A stretch of 64,000 nucleotides of DNA from Minutocellus sp. GHC0000111 (taxonomy: Eukaryota). Positions 60,667-64,000 of the stretch are shown one piece after another. The notes under the pieces were generated by a model. The model was given only the letters and a program-made list of their open reading frames with translations. It ran no database searches and had not been told where the DNA came from. Made by a program: the position numbers and the translations under genes. Position 1 is the first letter of the stretch. The number at the start of each line of letters is the position of its first letter. The DNA lies in the NCBI GenBank assembly GCA_977018835.1, contig OZ361260.1:2914001-2978000 (forward strand), given 5' to 3'.

Positions 60667-62586
60667 CTATGTACCCTCTGCGTGTACTGCATCTAAAGAA
60701 GATGACTGCAACACACCTCGTAGCTTGGTTTGAAGAGCCTTCCTCGTATCGACCAGAGACGTTTCTATCAACTCAGCCGGATCTTCTCTTCGTTCTTCAA
60801 TAGCTGTGGTATTATCACTCGTGTAAATCGTTGTTACATCTTCAATACAGCTGTCAGCATGTGAAGAGTCAATGGACGGATGGAAGGCGACAATATGTGT
60901 CTGCTTCTTGCCCCAAGATTCGTACAGCAACGGATTATCGATGGCAGCTTCGCATGGATCGACATGGATCCAATCACCCGACATGCGAATCTCTGCCCAG
61001 ACGTGATCGCTCCAGTCGACGACCCATCGTGCGTCAAAACCCAAGGCCCGGAAGAATCGCAATATTAACATGGAATATTCGCCACACCTTCCTACTCTAC
61101 TCCTCAGGACGCTTGACGCCGAATTATATCGAGGAAATCGAGATATTGCTCCACATTTGTGACAGCAATATACTTCCGTCCGTCCCGCCTTTCCCCGCCG
61201 TTCTTTCTCGTCTGGATACACGTATCCCAAAAACGTTGTCCCATCGTCTTTTTCATCATTATCCTCTTGAAATTTGGGACGGTCCGAAGCTTCATTGCTG
61301 TCATCCTCGCTGGAGCCTTCATTTTCACCACAACCTTCACCTTCGGACGAAGCGCGACACGAAGGGTCCAAATAGTTATCTTCTTTGGCCGAAGCGCCGC
61401 AGTTTCCACAACGATCGTAATAGTACGGAAATCTTTGTCGGAACCAACCCAAAAACTTTTGCAATGTTGCATATTGTTCCTCCTTTGTCCTACCCGATGC
61501 AAGCAAGTTATCTGCCACGAGGGCGTCAGTCTCCACTTCGCCGTACTCTCTCCGCAAATATCCCACCAGTCCGCCACTTACGCCATCCTTCAAATTGTGT
61601 TCCATCTCAGCAGCTTCGGTCATGTTGCGCTGCATTATCTTTTGGATCTGAAGCGCCTTCTCGGCAGCAGCCACTTCTTCGTCTTGTTCATCCACTATGA
61701 TGCCCACAAGTCTATCGGCATACATGGACAAAAGATCCGCAAAGTCCCCCCTTTGGCGCTTTAGTGATGATGATGCCGATGATGCTTTGCTCGCTGAATC
61801 ATCAGTGTCCTCATCATCACCTCCATTCCGTTCACTTTCATATACTGCCAAAAATTCCGTACGGTCCGAAATAATGTTGGCCTCAGACTGCCATAAAGTT
61901 CTCATCCGCTTTCGAACAGCCGAATCTCTTAGATCTACGTCTTCTGTCATTATCTGCTTGTCACCAATATCAGACACATTTTCCCCGGTATTGGCATGAA
62001 TAAATAGCTTGAACTTGCGCAGCGGTAAACCGAGACTGTACATGATAACAGCATGATCCTCATCCGAGGGTGAAGCTGCTGTAGATCGATAGGTGCGAAA
62101 CTTGATAAGCTTTGGCCTGTCTTCTGGCTCTTCGCCCGATTGCCCTTCTTCTCCATCACCTTTCAATCTGTCACCGTTGTCGTTGTTGTCATCTCCTTCC
62201 TTCATACTCACCATCATCGCTGGAGATTTCAGTTGCAAATGGACGCTCTCACTTGACGCGGAGTCACTACTACTGTAGTCACTACTACTGTTAGTCGATG
62301 CATCGGCCACTTTTGATGACGATGTATCTTGGCCAACCTCCTCCGATGCCGCCGTGGCATCCGCACGACGCGGCCTGGGCCTGATGATGCCCGGCATCCT
62401 GACAAGCTGCTGCTGCTGCTGCTGCTCTCCTCCGCCCCGGCAATCCCACGGAAAACGCCCTCGCCTGCCGCCACTGCCGTCGCCACCACCGCTGATTACT
62501 GCGGTCGCCGGAACAAAGGCACCGGCAGATACCACCGCAACGGCAACGAAAAGGACCACCTGACGGTGGTATCTACTACTACTCAT
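60667..62586 (-). CDS. PNG1: Peptide:N-glycanase (transglutaminase-like core) with a bipartite targeting presequence
   Basis: CGNC...CHKC zinc pairs, RFPRYN, GRCGEY, WVVDWSDHVWAE, HVDPCE, YESWGKK; N-terminus VVLFVAVAVVSAGAFVP. Confidence 0.88.
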   Translation of the reverse strand: MSSSRYHRQVVLFVAVAVVSAGAFVPATAVISGGGDGSGGRRGRFPWDCRGGGEQQQQQQLVRMPGIIRPRPRRADATAASEEVGQDTSSSKVADASTNSSSDYSSSDSASSESVHLQLKSPAMMVSMKEGDDNNDNGDRLKGDGEEGQSGEEPEDRPKLIKFRTYRSTAASPSDEDHAVIMYSLGLPLRKFKLFIHANTGENVSDIGDKQIMTEDVDLRDSAVRKRMRTLWQSEANIISDRTEFLAVYESERNGGDDEDTDDSASKASSASSSLKRQRGDFADLLSMYADRLVGIIVDEQDEEVAAAEKALQIQKIMQRNMTEAAEMEHNLKDGVSGGLVGYLRREYGEVETDALVADNLLASGRTKEEQYATLQKFLGWFRQRFPYYYDRCGNCGASAKEDNYLDPSCRASSEGEGCGENEGSSEDDSNEASDRPKFQEDNDEKDDGTTFLGYVYPDEKERRGKAGRTEVYCCHKCGAISRFPRYNSASSVLRSRVGRCGEYSMLILRFFRALGFDARWVVDWSDHVWAEIRMSGDWIHVDPCEAAIDNPLLYESWGKKQTHIVAFHPSIDSSHADSCIEDVTTIYTSDNTTAIEERREDPAELIETSLVDTRKALQTKLRGVLQSSSLDAVHAEGT

Positions 62587-62946
62587 GGTGTGGGCTCGCC
62601 AGGTCTCTTGTTCTACGACGGGAATTTTGCAATTTATGACTGGTGTCGGTGGGAAGTCAAAGAAAATGTTGTGAGCGAGAATTTTGGGCGGCTCGGCCGG
62701 CTTGTCGGCTGACTGATGGGAAGATCCTTTCAGGCACTACCAAGTGACTTGGTACATGTGGTCCATTTCAAGTGCCAGTTCTTCTACCACCGCCTGGCTC
62801 TAGCGCTACGGATCTCAATCGGTCGGATCCTCTGAATCTTGTGCTGCCCGGCTGTTTCATCCTCAACGCAAGTGGACGAATCTTGGTCTCATTTATTTTG
62901 AGCATCGGCAGTCAATAAGTAGTGACCAACAATTACAAGTCAAACG

Positions 62947-64000
62947 ATGAGTGACGACAATAATTATGGAAGCATGAAAGCGAAGAGCGCTAGTAGTAGT
63001 AGCTCCACCAACGTCGGTGCTGCCACGAAGAAGATGGGTGCCAGCGCAACCAAGTCAGTTCTGGGAGCTACCTCAGCCATTGGATCTGGAGTTGCCGGGG
63101 GCCTGTCAACCGTATCTACACTCGTGCTGGGCCCAGACGAGTTGACCCATGCTCAACTCCAATCCATCGAAAAGCGAAGGCGAGCAATTTTACTCCGGAG
63201 TGAATTACCTTTCTACAAAATGCTGACATTCTGGGACGGAACCTGCCTAAAGATCCTTGCCCTTGATCCACTCATGTGGCTGACGACGATTCTCTATGTC
63301 ATCATCCGCGTCCGAGCCAGAACAGGCCTCCCGGATTACTCGTATGTCGAGGCTCTCAGTTCCGGCAACATTGGGGTCCTCGGCACCTTCTTGTCCTTCT
63401 TCCTGGTATTCTTTGTCAACAATTCCAACAAGAGGTTTGATGATCAATACAATCTATCGATGGCTGCCAAGGGACGTATTTTGGATATTGCCTCGATCGC
63501 ACGCGGAACACTCCCAAAAGAGAGGGCCCTTAGAATCGTTCGATACCTGAATGCCAGTGTGAGTTGATTGAGATATGTCATGTTTATTATGCAAACAGTG
63601 GTATATGGAGGGATCGACCTGTTATGAAAATGGTTTTACTTGATTTGGAAGGGTACCTCGAAAGTTGGTTCTCACCATTATTCATTGCCACATTGTTATC
63701 CAATTTCTCTCTCGTACTCTTTAATTCAGCACGTTACGGCATACTGTGGTCTTTCGGATGCGTACAGCAAGGCCAATCTCTTTGATGAAATGCTGTCCCA
63801 GACCAAGTTTTTGACGCCCGCCCAAGAGGCTCGAATCAAAGCCTGTAATATGGATGCTGGCGGAAGTTGCTATCGTGAGCTCGTCTGCTGGGCCCAGCTT
63901 GAGGTTACAGACGCGGCCAAGGCTGGACTCATCGACGCAAGGACGGCTGTGATGTATCGTGATAAGTTGCTGGATTTCCAGGCTGCACTCTCCGGACTGT
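62947..64000 (+). CDS. Bestrophin-like membrane protein, 3' end outside the window; intron 63559-63729
   Basis: TM segments, GTFLSFFLVFFVNNSNKRF, then RYLNAS|HVTAYCGLS after splicing. Confidence 0.7.

Noticed and set aside
60831..61764. 289-aa and 201-aa plus-strand ORFs
   Set aside because: Antisense to the well-supported PNGase.

Overview
Eukaryotic nuclear DNA, most likely from a diatom. The evidence is short GT-AG introns of about 100-260 bp, bipartite plastid-targeting presequences (GSAF/ADAF/CSAF/AGAF), a frustulin-type CEGDCD domain and diatom-type LRR and Cys/His domains. The window is gene-dense. Recognisable genes are a lumenal FKBP, a PAP2 phosphatase, TIM23, a sulfotransferase, eIF4G, a fused E1-alpha/beta 2-oxoacid dehydrogenase, a SET protein, a lectin-like/ankyrin protein, a DEDDh exonuclease, a PNGase and a bestrophin-like gene. 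Five things stand out. (1) A 21-kb tandem cluster of three probably secreted proteins, each with a beta-helix-like N-module followed by 2, 2 and 8 capped LRR modules. (2) TA-flanked MITEs (one nested), plus a window-wide set of TA-bounded short palindromes that look like DNA-transposon excision footprints; TAGGAATTCCTA exactly matches the ends of a GGAA...TTCC MITE in the window. (3) A decayed Penelope-like RT interrupted by a (GGTTAG)4 telomeric tract. (4) A STAND/AAA ATPase gene with an in-frame TAG that runs abruptly into a start-less frustulin-domain membrane-protein gene. (5) Many single frameshifts in otherwise intact genes, which may be real lesions or assembly errors. All calls come from reading motifs by eye; no database searches were run.
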